A stretch of 64,000 nt of DNA from Bacilli bacterium. Its GTDB lineage: Bacteria > Bacillota_I > Bacilli_A > RF39 > UBA660. The notes beneath the pieces are model-generated. The model was given only the letters and a program-made list of their open reading frames with translations. It was not told where the DNA came from and ran no database searches. The DNA lies in contig JAFSVF010000015.1 in the NCBI GenBank assembly GCA_017450205.1, positions 34,106-98,105 on the forward strand. The letters run 5' to 3'. Positions 43,710 through 53,277 of the stretch are shown in pieces; position 1 is the first letter of the stretch; the number at the start of each line of letters is the position of its first letter. Both the position numbers and the translations under genes were made by a program.

Positions 43710-45152
43710 TTATTTTTGACTTAAAATTCTAGCAAGTTTAACTCCGGAAGCTGATGCCATCATTAATCCTGTTGTAAGTCCTCCTCCATCTCCAATTGAA
43801 TATAACCCCTTAATATTAGTTTCAAATCTATTATTTAATTCTATTTCATTACTATAGAATTTTATTTCTGGTCCATATAATAAATTATCATCATTTGCAA
43901 AACCAGGAACTACTTTATCAATAGCATTTATAAAAGTTAATATATCAGTCATAGTTCTATAACCTAAACTATAAGTTAAATCTCCAGCAACTGCATCTTT
44001 AAGTGTAGGTACAACTGAATTCTTATCTAAAAATTCTTGATAAGATCTTCCACCTCTTCTTATATCACCTAATCTTTGAACCATTACATGTCCTGCTGCT
44101 AAAGCATTTAAGTTTCTAGCAACATTCTCACCAAACTCAATTGGTTTATCAAATGGTGTAGTAAAATGATGAGTTACTAATATTGCAAGATTTGTATTAG
44201 TACTCTTCTTTTCTTTATAAGAATGCCCATTAACTAAAGTAAGACCATTATCATATACTTCAGCACTTACAAATCCACTTGGATTTTGACAGAAAGTTCT
44301 TACTTTATCTTCATATGGTTTAAGTCTACCAATAAACTTACCTTCATACATATATTTATTAATATCCTTCATAACTTCATCAGGAAGTTCATAACGAATA
44401 CCAATATCTACTGAACCAATCTTAGTATTAATATCATGTTCTTTACATATGTCACTTAACCAAGAAGCACCTTTTCTACCAACGGCCAAAACTACTTCTT
44501 TACCCATAATTTCTTTTGTTTCAGTTTCATTATTAGGTTTAATAACTACACCTTTAACTTTACCATCTTCAATAATCAAGTTTTTTACTTCAGTCTCATA
44601 CATCATATCAATACCATTTTCTTCTAAATAGTCTTGAATCTTAGTATATAAAATATGAGCTTTTTCAGTACCTAAATGTCTAATTGGGCAAGAAACTAAA
44701 CCTAAGTTTTCTTTAGCAGCTTTTTCTTGAAGTTCTTTTATTTCTTTTTGATATTCTAATCCTTCAAGATGAGTATCAGCACCAAAATCTAAATAAACAT
44801 TATCAGTATATACAAGTAAATCTTTAATTTCTTCTTCACTCATATATTCTTTAATATATCCTCCTCCATTACCACCTAAATACATATCATTAGAATTACC
44901 TAATGAAGACATATGATATGAAAGAAGCTTACCATCACTAAAAGCACCTGCTCCGGAAAAACCACATGTTATATTACAAAATGGTTTACATTTCATGCAT
45001 TTTCCAATTTTTTCAATCGGACAACTTCTTTTTTTAATATTTTTTCCTTGATCTATAAGTAAAACTTTTTTATTAGTTTTTAATTGAATAAGTTCATATG
45101 CTAAAAATGCAGCACTTGGGCCCATTCCTACCACAATTAAATCATAGTCCAT
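43710..45152 (-). CDS. FAD-dependent oxidoreductase (COG2509-type)
   Basis: Start moved to ATG 45152 (SD GGAGGA). DYDLIVVGMGPSAAF dinucleotide-binding fold, Cys-rich CPIEKIGKCMKCKPFCNITCGFSGAGAFSDGKL, C-terminal GDGGG. Confidence 0.75.
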   Translation of the reverse strand: MDYDLIVVGMGPSAAFLAYELIQLKTNKKVLLIDQGKNIKKRSCPIEKIGKCMKCKPFCNITCGFSGAGAFSDGKLLSYHMSSLGNSNDMYLGGNGGGYIKEYMSEEEIKDLLVYTDNVYLDFGADTHLEGLEYQKEIKELQEKAAKENLGLVSCPIRHLGTEKAHILYTKIQDYLEENGIDMMYETEVKNLIIEDGKVKGVVIKPNNETETKEIMGKEVVLAVGRKGASWLSDICKEHDINTKIGSVDIGIRYELPDEVMKDINKYMYEGKFIGRLKPYEDKVRTFCQNPSGFVSAEVYDNGLTLVNGHSYKEKKSTNTNLAILVTHHFTTPFDKPIEFGENVARNLNALAAGHVMVQRLGDIRRGGRSYQEFLDKNSVVPTLKDAVAGDLTYSLGYRTMTDILTFINAIDKVVPGFANDDNLLYGPEIKFYSNEIELNNRFETNIKGLYSIGDGGGLTTGLMMASASGVKLARILSQK

Positions 45153-45187
45153 ATTACATCCTCCACCATACAAAAAAATTATAACAT

Positions 45188-45213
45188 AAAAAAAAGATTA
45201 CTTAGTAATCTTT
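45188..45213 (-). terminator. Rho-independent terminator after the MerR gene
   Basis: Stem aaagattac (45193-45201) pairs with gtaatcttt (45205-45213). A U-run follows on the RNA (A-run 45188-45192 on plus). Confidence 0.55.
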
Positions 45214-45630
45214 TTAATGATGAACTGGTGTATTATTTACTTTTCTTTTAACTTTAATACTTTTATTATCTAATGCATATTCATCAGATACTTCTTCGAT
45301 TCCTAAATTTTGTGATTGACTATCTAAAAAATCGAGAACTTCAACTTGTTGCATAACATCTTGAACATGTCTTAATAATTCACTCTTTTTATTTCTAATA
45401 ACACTAGTATTAAAATTTCCCCAGTTTTGACTAATTTCTTCTAATGAGAATGAACAACTCTTTAATGTTTTAATTAATTCTACATCATCTAATTGTTTAT
45501 CCGAGTAATATCTATATTTTGTAAATGGATCAACTTTAACTGGTTTTAATAAACCTATTTCATCATAATATCTAAGAGTTTTAACATTTAAACCACAAAA
45601 AGTAGCAAATTCTCCAATACTATATAACAT
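45214..45630 (-). CDS. MerR family transcriptional regulator (short, no obvious ligand domain)
   Basis: 138 aa. YSIGEFATFCGLNVKTLRYYDEIGLLKP winged-HTH followed by a coiled coil. Monocistronic, lying between its own promoter and terminator. Confidence 0.85.
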   Translation of the reverse strand: MLYSIGEFATFCGLNVKTLRYYDEIGLLKPVKVDPFTKYRYYSDKQLDDVELIKTLKSCSFSLEEISQNWGNFNTSVIRNKKSELLRHVQDVMQQVEVLDFLDSQSQNLGIEEVSDEYALDNKSIKVKRKVNNTPVHH

Positions 45631-45651
45631 AATTATCTCTCCTTTGCAGAT

Positions 45652-45682
45652 ATCATAACACTCCAGTTAACTGGAGAGTCAA
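45652..45682 (-). promoter_or_regulatory. MerR-type autoregulated promoter with a perfect 16-bp palindromic operator
   Basis: The minus strand reads TTGACT (45682-45677), a 19-nt spacer CTCCAGTTAACTGGAGTGT, then TATGAT (45657-45652). The palindrome CTCCAGTTAACTGGAG is at 45661-45676. Confidence 0.6.
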
Positions 45683-45683
45683 A

Positions 45684-46670
45684 CTATTTTATAAAATTTT
45701 TTACTAATTTAAATTCTTCTCCTAATTGAACATTTTTATTATCTTTATAATATTGTCTTAAAAAGTATGCTTTATCTAAATCATTATCAAATATTTGATC
45801 AACAAAATTAAGTGCACCTTCTTCATCAATTTTATCATATCCAGTATAATTATATACTTCATCTAATCTATTAATACGCTTATTAATATAGTCTTCATCT
45901 AAATCTCTATTACAAGCATCTAATAAATGAAGAAACATATTTACATTATTTTGCCAAATAACAGGTTCGAAAGTACCATTAGGAAGTCTATACTCAATAG
46001 TGTTCTTCTTAACTCTACTTTCTAAATCAAACATTTTAACATTTTTAAAATTAAATGATTGAAACTTTTCTTTTATTCCTAAGAAATATAATACAGATGC
46101 TAAACAAGAATCATATTCACTATTATATTTATACTCATAATATAAATCTAATGCAATTGGATAAGCCATTAAATCTATTCCATCTCTTAGTCTATTATAT
46201 TCTCCACTAGAAAATCTAAAAATAATATTTTCATAGGCCATAATTAGTTTCCCGAGGTTCTTCCATGCTCTAGTATTATATCCTAACATATCAGCACCAG
46301 CATGTACATGTGCTCCAGTTAACTCATCATCTTTAGCACCAGCAATACTTAAAAATGAACACACTTCATTTAAATATTCCCAAGAGTTTTCATTATTGTG
46401 TAATATTGGTGAAACTACTTCACCACCTTCTGCAAGTGATCTTTCAGGAACTACTTTCCACTCAGGACTTACAATATATAGAAAACTATTAACCATCTCC
46501 ATAGGAAAACCATCAAATTCAATTTCGACACCAAATTGTAATCTCTCATCAAGTTTTAATTTATTTCTATAAGAAAGTTTATAGTCATTAAGTAATTCTT
46601 TAAGTTCTCTTAAACTCTTACTATTTAATTTTCTAAACTGAGTATTATTTGTTAATTCAAACGTACCCAT
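45684..46670 (-). CDS. Putative amidoligase (Amidoligase_2/GS-like family)
   Basis: 328 aa. FGVEIEFDG, GGEVVSPIL and GAHVHAGADM fit the conserved acidic/His motifs of that family as I recall them. Confidence 0.5.
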   Translation of the reverse strand: MGTFELTNNTQFRKLNSKSLRELKELLNDYKLSYRNKLKLDERLQFGVEIEFDGFPMEMVNSFLYIVSPEWKVVPERSLAEGGEVVSPILHNNENSWEYLNEVCSFLSIAGAKDDELTGAHVHAGADMLGYNTRAWKNLGKLIMAYENIIFRFSSGEYNRLRDGIDLMAYPIALDLYYEYKYNSEYDSCLASVLYFLGIKEKFQSFNFKNVKMFDLESRVKKNTIEYRLPNGTFEPVIWQNNVNMFLHLLDACNRDLDEDYINKRINRLDEVYNYTGYDKIDEEGALNFVDQIFDNDLDKAYFLRQYYKDNKNVQLGEEFKLVKNFIK

Positions 46671-46725
46671 AACTTATCTCCCCTACTTGTGCTATATTGT
46701 ACAACAAAAAAAAGTAATAAGCAAA

Positions 46726-47382
46726 TTACTTACTTACTACTTTAATAGTTCCACTTTTCTTAGTTTCCGTTAAATCTATAATTTCAGATATTGCTTTATC
46801 AAGTGGTACAAAATCAATTAATTCTTTTATATCAGGATCAAAATTATTCATTTTAGTATCTAACCATCCAAAACAAATAGCATTAATTTTTAAATTTTTA
46901 TACTTATCAGCATACATTTTAGTAATTAAATTTAAACTTATCTTTGAACAATCATATTCACTTGATTGTTCATCGTAAGAATCAATTGCATTATCGCTAG
47001 ATATATTAATAATTGATCCTTCATGCATTAAAGGTGCAAAATATCTAATAAGCATAAAAGGAGCTATCAAATTAACTTTATAAACATCTATAAATGATTT
47101 AAAAGATTTATCTTCAAGTGGAGAATTAATTTCAATTCCAGCATTATTAATTAAACAATTAATATTATACTCTTTTAAATCTAAATACATTTTATGAATA
47201 GATTCTTCACTACTTAAGTCACATTTATAAATAATAGACTTCTCTGGATATAACTTATGTAATTCACTTACTTCATTAGAATTATTATTATAATGAAGTA
47301 TTACGAAATTATTTTCTTCTAATAATTTTTTTGCAAGTTTAATGCCTAACCCGCTTGAAGCACCAGTTAATAAAACATTCAT
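46726..47382 (-). CDS. Short-chain dehydrogenase/reductase
   Basis: 218 aa. TGASSGLG, NNAG, YDCSK (YxxxK). Confidence 0.85.
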   Translation of the reverse strand: MNVLLTGASSGLGIKLAKKLLEENNFVILHYNNNSNEVSELHKLYPEKSIIYKCDLSSEESIHKMYLDLKEYNINCLINNAGIEINSPLEDKSFKSFIDVYKVNLIAPFMLIRYFAPLMHEGSIINISSDNAIDSYDEQSSEYDCSKISLNLITKMYADKYKNLKINAICFGWLDTKMNNFDPDIKELIDFVPLDKAISEIIDLTETKKSGTIKVVSK

Positions 47383-47422
47383 AATTTCACTCCTTATTTA
47401 AAAAAACTCGTAAATACGAGTT

Positions 47423-47980
47423 TTATATTTCACTTCCACAATTAGCGCAGAATTTTTCTCCTTCTTTTACTTTGTTACCACAGTTCTTACAAAAATGTAC
47501 TGGACCATTGTTGTTACTTGATGAAAAACCATTAGCAACTGTTGATTTTACATTATCAACTGATGAATCACTAAAGAATCCGTGTTTACTATAATTTCCA
47601 TTATCATATTTGTATTTACCAAATCCAAATATAAATACAAATATACCAAAGAAAATAGTACCAATTATTTGCATATCTTTTTCTTTAGTAAATCTTCTAC
47701 AAACAGAATATGAAATATTAATTGAAGCTAACATTGCAACTATCCAGCCAAAAAAAGGAAGAATAGAAGCAAATAACATAATAAACCACATTACATCAAG
47801 TTTAGCAACTTCTACAGTTAATACATATGCATTATATACCGGAATTAAAATCTTCCATCCTGCAACTCCTGCTTTTTCAAATAATTTATAACCAGCAATA
47901 ATTGCAGCTACTCCAATAGCTAAACCTACTAGTGCAAAAACTAAAAAGAATGAAGCAAAAACTAAAGCAATACTTTCCAT
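47423..47980 (-). CDS. Membrane protein with a C-terminal double zinc ribbon (DUF5684-like)
   Basis: 185 aa, 4 TM helices. GWKILIPVYNAYV motif, C-terminal CKNCGNKV...CANCG. Confidence 0.5.
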   Translation of the reverse strand: MESIALVFASFFLVFALVGLAIGVAAIIAGYKLFEKAGVAGWKILIPVYNAYVLTVEVAKLDVMWFIMLFASILPFFGWIVAMLASINISYSVCRRFTKEKDMQIIGTIFFGIFVFIFGFGKYKYDNGNYSKHGFFSDSSVDNVKSTVANGFSSSNNNGPVHFCKNCGNKVKEGEKFCANCGSEI

Positions 47981-48016
47981 AATAAATTCCTCCTGTAATT
48001 AGAATATCATATCTAA

Positions 48017-48499
48017 CTATTTTTTAACAATATTTGTTGGTTTTTTTTTCTTAACTTTTATTAAAGGGATTGCCCTTTCAATTTCATTATTTAAATACAT
48101 AACTTCATTTAAATATAATTCTTTTCTTTTATTATCAAAAAATTCATCGTCTTCTTGAATAAGATTTTTTAAAAATTCATAATCATCTTTATCATAATCT
48201 TTAACAAATTCTTTAATTGAATTTGCTCTTAAAGAATCTCTAAATTTTAATAAAGTTTCTTTTCTTATTTTTTGTTCAATTAAAAATGGAGCTAAAGTAA
48301 ATAGAAAATAATTTTCAAAGAAAAGCATATTTAAAATTATACCAACATCTTTTGGTTTTTCTTTACTTAAAGACTCATAAATACCTTGAGAGTTTAAATT
48401 ATTTTTAATTATTTCATTTGCTTTATTAAATAAAACTTGAATTTGCTCTTCATCCATAATATAACTTAACGCATTATAAAAATCTCTCTTATTATTCAT
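48017..48499 (-). CDS. Hypothetical protein
   Basis: 160 aa, helical, basic C-terminus. No motif recognised. Confidence 0.4.
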   Translation of the reverse strand: MNNKRDFYNALSYIMDEEQIQVLFNKANEIIKNNLNSQGIYESLSKEKPKDVGIILNMLFFENYFLFTLAPFLIEQKIRKETLLKFRDSLRANSIKEFVKDYDKDDYEFLKNLIQEDDEFFDNKRKELYLNEVMYLNNEIERAIPLIKVKKKKPTNIVKK

Positions 48500-48996
48500 A
48501 TATTTACCTCTTCCAAAACTATCCCATCTAAATCTTTAATATATATTTTATCACTAATTATCATATATGAGTGTTTAAAATCTCTTGGTAAACTAATTGA
48601 TCCAGGATTAATTACAGGAATACCATCAAATTCTTTAACTCCAGATATATGAGTATGACCTGCAATTATAAAATCTATATTAGTATAATCATAAGAATAC
48701 AATAAATGACCATGAGTAAAGAAAAAGTTTTTATTATTAATTCTTTCAATATAATAATCATTTAACTTAAAATCTAATAGCTTTTCTACATAATAAGTAT
48801 CATTATTACCTTTAATACCTATTATCTTATCTTTATATAAATTAAGTAATTCTGATAAATAATAATCATCACTAGTATTACTTAATATATCACCTAATAA
48901 AACAATCTTATCAGGTAATTCTAGTTTTACTAAACGTTCAAATTCACTTATATATGATTTAACTCCATGTAAATCTGATACAACTAAATACTTCAT
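48496..48996 (-). CDS. YfcE-type metallophosphoesterase
   Basis: 166 aa. VVSDLHG, GDIL, GNND, THGH, GHTH. Confidence 0.8.
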   Translation of the reverse strand: MKYLVVSDLHGVKSYISEFERLVKLELPDKIVLLGDILSNTSDDYYLSELLNLYKDKIIGIKGNNDTYYVEKLLDFKLNDYYIERINNKNFFFTHGHLLYSYDYTNIDFIIAGHTHISGVKEFDGIPVINPGSISLPRDFKHSYMIISDKIYIKDLDGIVLEEVNI

Positions 48997-49100
48997 ATTA
49001 TTACCTCTAAAATAATTTTAACATATTTTTTTATTTTCGACATAAAGTCTAAAAAAAGGATTAATGAATATGCAAAAATACTAATCAGAAAGGAGGAAAA

Positions 49101-50519
49101 ATGAAGAAAATCATATTATTAATATTTTCACTAACTATTATTCTACTATCAATTCAAGTAGTTAAAGCTGAAAGTGTAACAAGAGTTATGAACGATTACT
49201 ATTATTTAAGAACTCATCCAGATGGTACGAGATTCTCGGATAGAGATTATACCTATTATATTAATGGTAAAGTAGTCTATTGTATTGAACCAGGAGTTAG
49301 ATTAGGAAGTGACTATAGTGTACTTGATAACTATAATATTCCATATGAAAATAAATTAAGAATTCTTCTAGCTGCTCAAGGTGGATACTTGCATAACAAT
49401 CATAATGATTTTAGATTTGCTATTGCAACTCAAAGTATCATATGGCAAGAAATACTAGGGACTGAAACAATTTATTCAACTGAACTTTGGGGAAAAGGAG
49501 AAATTCTAGATCTTACCTACTTTAAAAGTGTAATTTATGGTTATATTGAAAACAAAATAAAACAACCAAATCTAATAAACCTTAATGACATAATTGTAGG
49601 TAACCCTACTAAATTTAATGATAAAAATGGATCACTAGGAAATTATGATATAAGTATATTTACGCCACATCTAATATATCAATCATTAGAAAAAACTTTT
49701 GATGAATTTGGTTATCATACAATTAAACTAGATAGAAAACCTGAATATAATTATAATTATAAAATATATGGAGACTCTAACCATCAACACTTACTAATGC
49801 CTGGTGATATACCTGAATTAAATTATTCAAAAGAAATATATGTTAACCCTATTACATATAATTTTAAAATAATAGATTCAGAAACCAAAAACGAAGTTGA
49901 TGGAGTTACTTTAAAAGTAAATGATACAATCATAAGTAATAAAGATTCATATATTCTTTATTATAATGAACCATTAAACGTTAATATAGAATCCGTTCCA
50001 GATGGATATAATTTAAATGAAAGTATTGAAACTTATAAAATCTACAATGAATTAAATCATACCATAGTTCTTTCCATTGACCCTATCTATAATGATTATA
50101 TAATTAATAAAACTTATGATGATATATACCCTGAAGAAAATGCCATATTCGAACTTATAAATGATAAAAATAATAATCTTCAAGGAGTATATACTACTAA
50201 TTCAGATGGTAAATTTAACTTACATCTTAAATATGGTAATTATACACTTAATCAACTAAAAGGAATTGATGGTTATAAACTTATTTCATACAAAATTAAT
50301 AATTCAAAGCCTAATTCACAAAATACATTCACAATAAACCTTAACGACGAAAAAATAATAAACGAAGAGAAAATATCTAATAATAATGATCAAGTATACA
50401 TTATTGATGATTCATTCGCCCAATATCTTGTTTCAACTGGTAATAAAATACCAATAATAATCTTATTACTAATATTTCCATTAATATGTTTACTAACAAA
50501 AAAGATAATTGTTATTTAG
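49101..50519 (+). CDS. Thioester-domain (TED) surface adhesin with SpaA/CnaB-like stalk domains and an LVSTG sorting signal
   Basis: 472 aa. Signal peptide. Cys motif VVYCIEPG and Gln motif AIATQSIIW (TQxxIW). Stalk repeats (FKIIDSETKNEVDGV, GNYTLNQLKGIDGYKL). C-terminus is LVSTG, a hydrophobic helix, then KK. Confidence 0.75.
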   Translation: MKKIILLIFSLTIILLSIQVVKAESVTRVMNDYYYLRTHPDGTRFSDRDYTYYINGKVVYCIEPGVRLGSDYSVLDNYNIPYENKLRILLAAQGGYLHNNHNDFRFAIATQSIIWQEILGTETIYSTELWGKGEILDLTYFKSVIYGYIENKIKQPNLINLNDIIVGNPTKFNDKNGSLGNYDISIFTPHLIYQSLEKTFDEFGYHTIKLDRKPEYNYNYKIYGDSNHQHLLMPGDIPELNYSKEIYVNPITYNFKIIDSETKNEVDGVTLKVNDTIISNKDSYILYYNEPLNVNIESVPDGYNLNESIETYKIYNELNHTIVLSIDPIYNDYIINKTYDDIYPEENAIFELINDKNNNLQGVYTTNSDGKFNLHLKYGNYTLNQLKGIDGYKLISYKINNSKPNSQNTFTINLNDEKIINEEKISNNNDQVYIIDDSFAQYLVSTGNKIPIIILLLIFPLICLLTKKIIVI

Positions 50520-51030
50520 CAATTATCTTTTCATTTGTTTTAATTTTATTTACAAATTCATTTAATGATAAACCATCAGTGAATTCATCTATTTCATATA
50601 CATGAATTAAATTTCTATCTAAATTTTCTATTTTATACATTCTAGGATATCTTTTAATAACAGCATCAATTAGTTCATCAAGTGAACTAAACTTAATTTG
50701 ATCATTAACCCAAGAAGCTTCTACCCAGTAATAATTACTATCATCATTTACAACAGTAAATGTGTGTTTAGCAAGCTTATTAGGATCATCATAATTAATC
50801 ATAAATGATCTAGGATTACATCCTTTATTTTTTAATAAATAAGCTGCATACTTAGCACTTTCAAAACAAGTACCTACTTTATATTCTTCAATTTGTTTTA
50901 TGGTCATTATTCTATAAAACTCTTTAAAATAGTTTTGCTTTGATTTAAAGTGTTTAACTCCATTTGGTTCAACCCATCCATATGAAATTTCTTTCATTTG
51001 ATTTAATACATCATTAACTATATTTTCCAA
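50512..51030 (-). CDS. Hypothetical protein, possibly a transglutaminase/papain-like fold
   Basis: 172 aa. VGTCFESAKYAAYLL, KHTFTVV and WVEASW suggest a Cys-His-acid arrangement. The evidence is weak. Confidence 0.3.
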   Translation of the reverse strand: MENIVNDVLNQMKEISYGWVEPNGVKHFKSKQNYFKEFYRIMTIKQIEEYKVGTCFESAKYAAYLLKNKGCNPRSFMINYDDPNKLAKHTFTVVNDDSNYYWVEASWVNDQIKFSSLDELIDAVIKRYPRMYKIENLDRNLIHVYEIDEFTDGLSLNEFVNKIKTNEKIIAK

Positions 51031-51038
51031 TATATCAC

Positions 51039-52916
51039 CTATTTCGATAATTTTTCACAAATTAAATTTGTAATTTCAGTAGGATTATCAATTGGTAATC
51101 CTTCAATTAATCTTGCTTGAGCATAAAGAATCTTAGTGTAATCTTTAAGTGCTTCTTTATCAGTATCATATAATTCTTTAATCTTTTTAGCAATATCATG
51201 TGATTCATTAATTTCAAGCACTTTTTTAGCATCAATATGTTCATCTGTAGGCATAGCATTAATTACTTTTTCCATTTCAATCGAAATATCACCTTCACTA
51301 GTTAAGCATACTGGATGATTTTTAAGTTTATTAGTAAATTTAACTGAAGAAACATCACTTAATGAATCAGCCATAAGTTTAAACATATCGCTTGCTTCTT
51401 CATTCTTTTTCTTTAACTCTTCTTTTTCTTCTTCACTTGATAAATCAACTTTATCACTAGTAATATTAAGAACCTTTAATCCATCATACTCACGAATTGT
51501 TTGCATAACAAATTCATCCATATAATTAGTACAGAATAATACTTCGATATCTTTATCTTTAAACTCTTCTACGATTGGTAATTTAGAAATCTTTTCAACA
51601 GATTCACCACATACATAGTAAATATTCTTTTGATCTTTATCTTTTACTCTATCAGCATACTCCTTTAAAGTAATAAACTTTTTATCTTTACTAGATTCAT
51701 AAACAAGTAAATCTTGTAATTCATCTTTTTTCATACCAAAGTCATTATAAATATTAAATTTAATATTCATACCAAAGTTCTTAAAGAATTTAACGTATTC
51801 ATCTCTATCATCATTTTGAAGAGCAAGTAATTCCTTTTTAATTTTAGATTCAATATTTTTAGCAATTACTTTTAAACTTCTATCTTGTTGTAACATTTCT
51901 CTTGAAATATTAAGTGATAAATCAGGAGTATCTACAACACCTTTAACAAATGAATAATAATCAGGTAAAAGATCTTTACACTTATCCATTATAAGTACAC
52001 CATTAGAATAAAGTTTTAATCCTTTTTCATAATCTTTAGTATAAAAATCATATGGTGTATTGCTTGGTATAAACAGTAATGAATTAAATGATACTAAACC
52101 TTCAGCAGAAGTATGAATTACTCTTTGAGGGTTTTCAAAATCATTAAATTTATCTTTATAGAAATTATTATAATCATCATCTTTAATAGAAGACTTACTC
52201 TTTTTCCATAAAGGTATCATATCATTTAATGTTTCTATTTCAGTATGTTCATCATATTCTTTTTTAGTCTCGTTCCAATCTCTCTTAACCATACTCATCT
52301 TAATTGGATAAGTAATATAGTTCGAATACATTTTAACTAATCTAGCAATAGTGTCTTGATTTAAGAAATCATCATAATGTTCATCTTCAGTATTTTCTTT
52401 TAATGTAATAATAATATCTGTACCATTAGTAGCTTTTTCTGCCTTTTCTATTGAGTATCCATCAATACCTTCAGATACCCATTTATTAGCTTCATCGCTA
52501 CCATACTTTTTAGATATAACTTCAACTTTAGAAGCTACCATAATTGCTGAATAGAAACCAACACCAAATTGACCAATAATATCAATATTCTTCTTATGCT
52601 CATTATTTTCTTTAAAGTCTAGTGAACCACTTTTAGCAATAGTACCTAAGTTAGTTTCTAACTCATCTTTAGTCATACCAATACCATTATCACTAATAGT
52701 AATAGTTCTTTCATTAACATCAGTTTTGATATTAATAAAATAATCTTTCTTCTTTAAAAGAATTGATTCATCAGTAAGTGAATTATAATATAATTTATCA
52801 ATTGCATCACTTGCATTAGAAATAATTTCTCTTAAGAAAATATCCTTATTTGTATAAATTGAGTTTATCATTAAATCCATTAATTTTTTGGATTCAGCTT
52901 TGAATTGTTTTTTCAT
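51039..52916 (-). CDS. htpG: Molecular chaperone HtpG (Hsp90)
   Basis: 625 aa. EIISNASDAIDKL, DNGIGM, IGQFGVGFYS. Confidence 0.95.
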   Translation of the reverse strand: MKKQFKAESKKLMDLMINSIYTNKDIFLREIISNASDAIDKLYYNSLTDESILLKKKDYFINIKTDVNERTITISDNGIGMTKDELETNLGTIAKSGSLDFKENNEHKKNIDIIGQFGVGFYSAIMVASKVEVISKKYGSDEANKWVSEGIDGYSIEKAEKATNGTDIIITLKENTEDEHYDDFLNQDTIARLVKMYSNYITYPIKMSMVKRDWNETKKEYDEHTEIETLNDMIPLWKKSKSSIKDDDYNNFYKDKFNDFENPQRVIHTSAEGLVSFNSLLFIPSNTPYDFYTKDYEKGLKLYSNGVLIMDKCKDLLPDYYSFVKGVVDTPDLSLNISREMLQQDRSLKVIAKNIESKIKKELLALQNDDRDEYVKFFKNFGMNIKFNIYNDFGMKKDELQDLLVYESSKDKKFITLKEYADRVKDKDQKNIYYVCGESVEKISKLPIVEEFKDKDIEVLFCTNYMDEFVMQTIREYDGLKVLNITSDKVDLSSEEEKEELKKKNEEASDMFKLMADSLSDVSSVKFTNKLKNHPVCLTSEGDISIEMEKVINAMPTDEHIDAKKVLEINESHDIAKKIKELYDTDKEALKDYTKILYAQARLIEGLPIDNPTEITNLICEKLSK

Positions 52917-52960
52917 TTTGTATCCTCCTTATGTCTACATTTCCAATTATAGCACTTGTA

Positions 52961-52987
52961 TTAGCACTGTCAATAGGTAAGTGCTAA
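52961..52987. promoter_or_regulatory. CIRCE element (HrcA operator) overlapping the htpG promoter
   Basis: TTAGCACTG-N9-AAGTGCTAA matches the consensus TTAGCACTC-N9-GAGTGCTAA at 16/18 positions. The minus-strand promoter is TTGACA (52973-52968), 16 nt, TATAAT (52951-52946). Confidence 0.65.
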
Positions 52988-53022
52988 TTAATACAATTAA
53001 AAAAGATGAGTAAATACTCATC

Positions 53023-53274
53023 TTAAAATGAATCGATATTAACAGTTACTCTCTTAATACCCATATTGTAAGCAGCAGCTTGAACTAAAACACGAATTGC
53101 CTTAGCCATTTTTCCACCCTTACCAATTACTGAACCCATTTCATCTTCAGGAACCATAATTTCAAGTTGAATAATACCTTCATCTCCTAGAAATTCTTGA
53201 ACTTTTACAAGTTCTGGATCACTAACTAAAGATTTAACTAAATTTTCAGTAAAAGTTACTAATTGTTCATGCAT
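53023..53274 (-). CDS. KH-domain RNA-binding protein (YlqC-like)
   Basis: 83 aa. IGKGGKMAKAIR. Directly downstream of rpsP. Confidence 0.85.
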   Translation of the reverse strand: MHEQLVTFTENLVKSLVSDPELVKVQEFLGDEGIIQLEIMVPEDEMGSVIGKGGKMAKAIRVLVQAAAYNMGIKRVTVNIDSF

Positions 53275-53277
53275 ATA

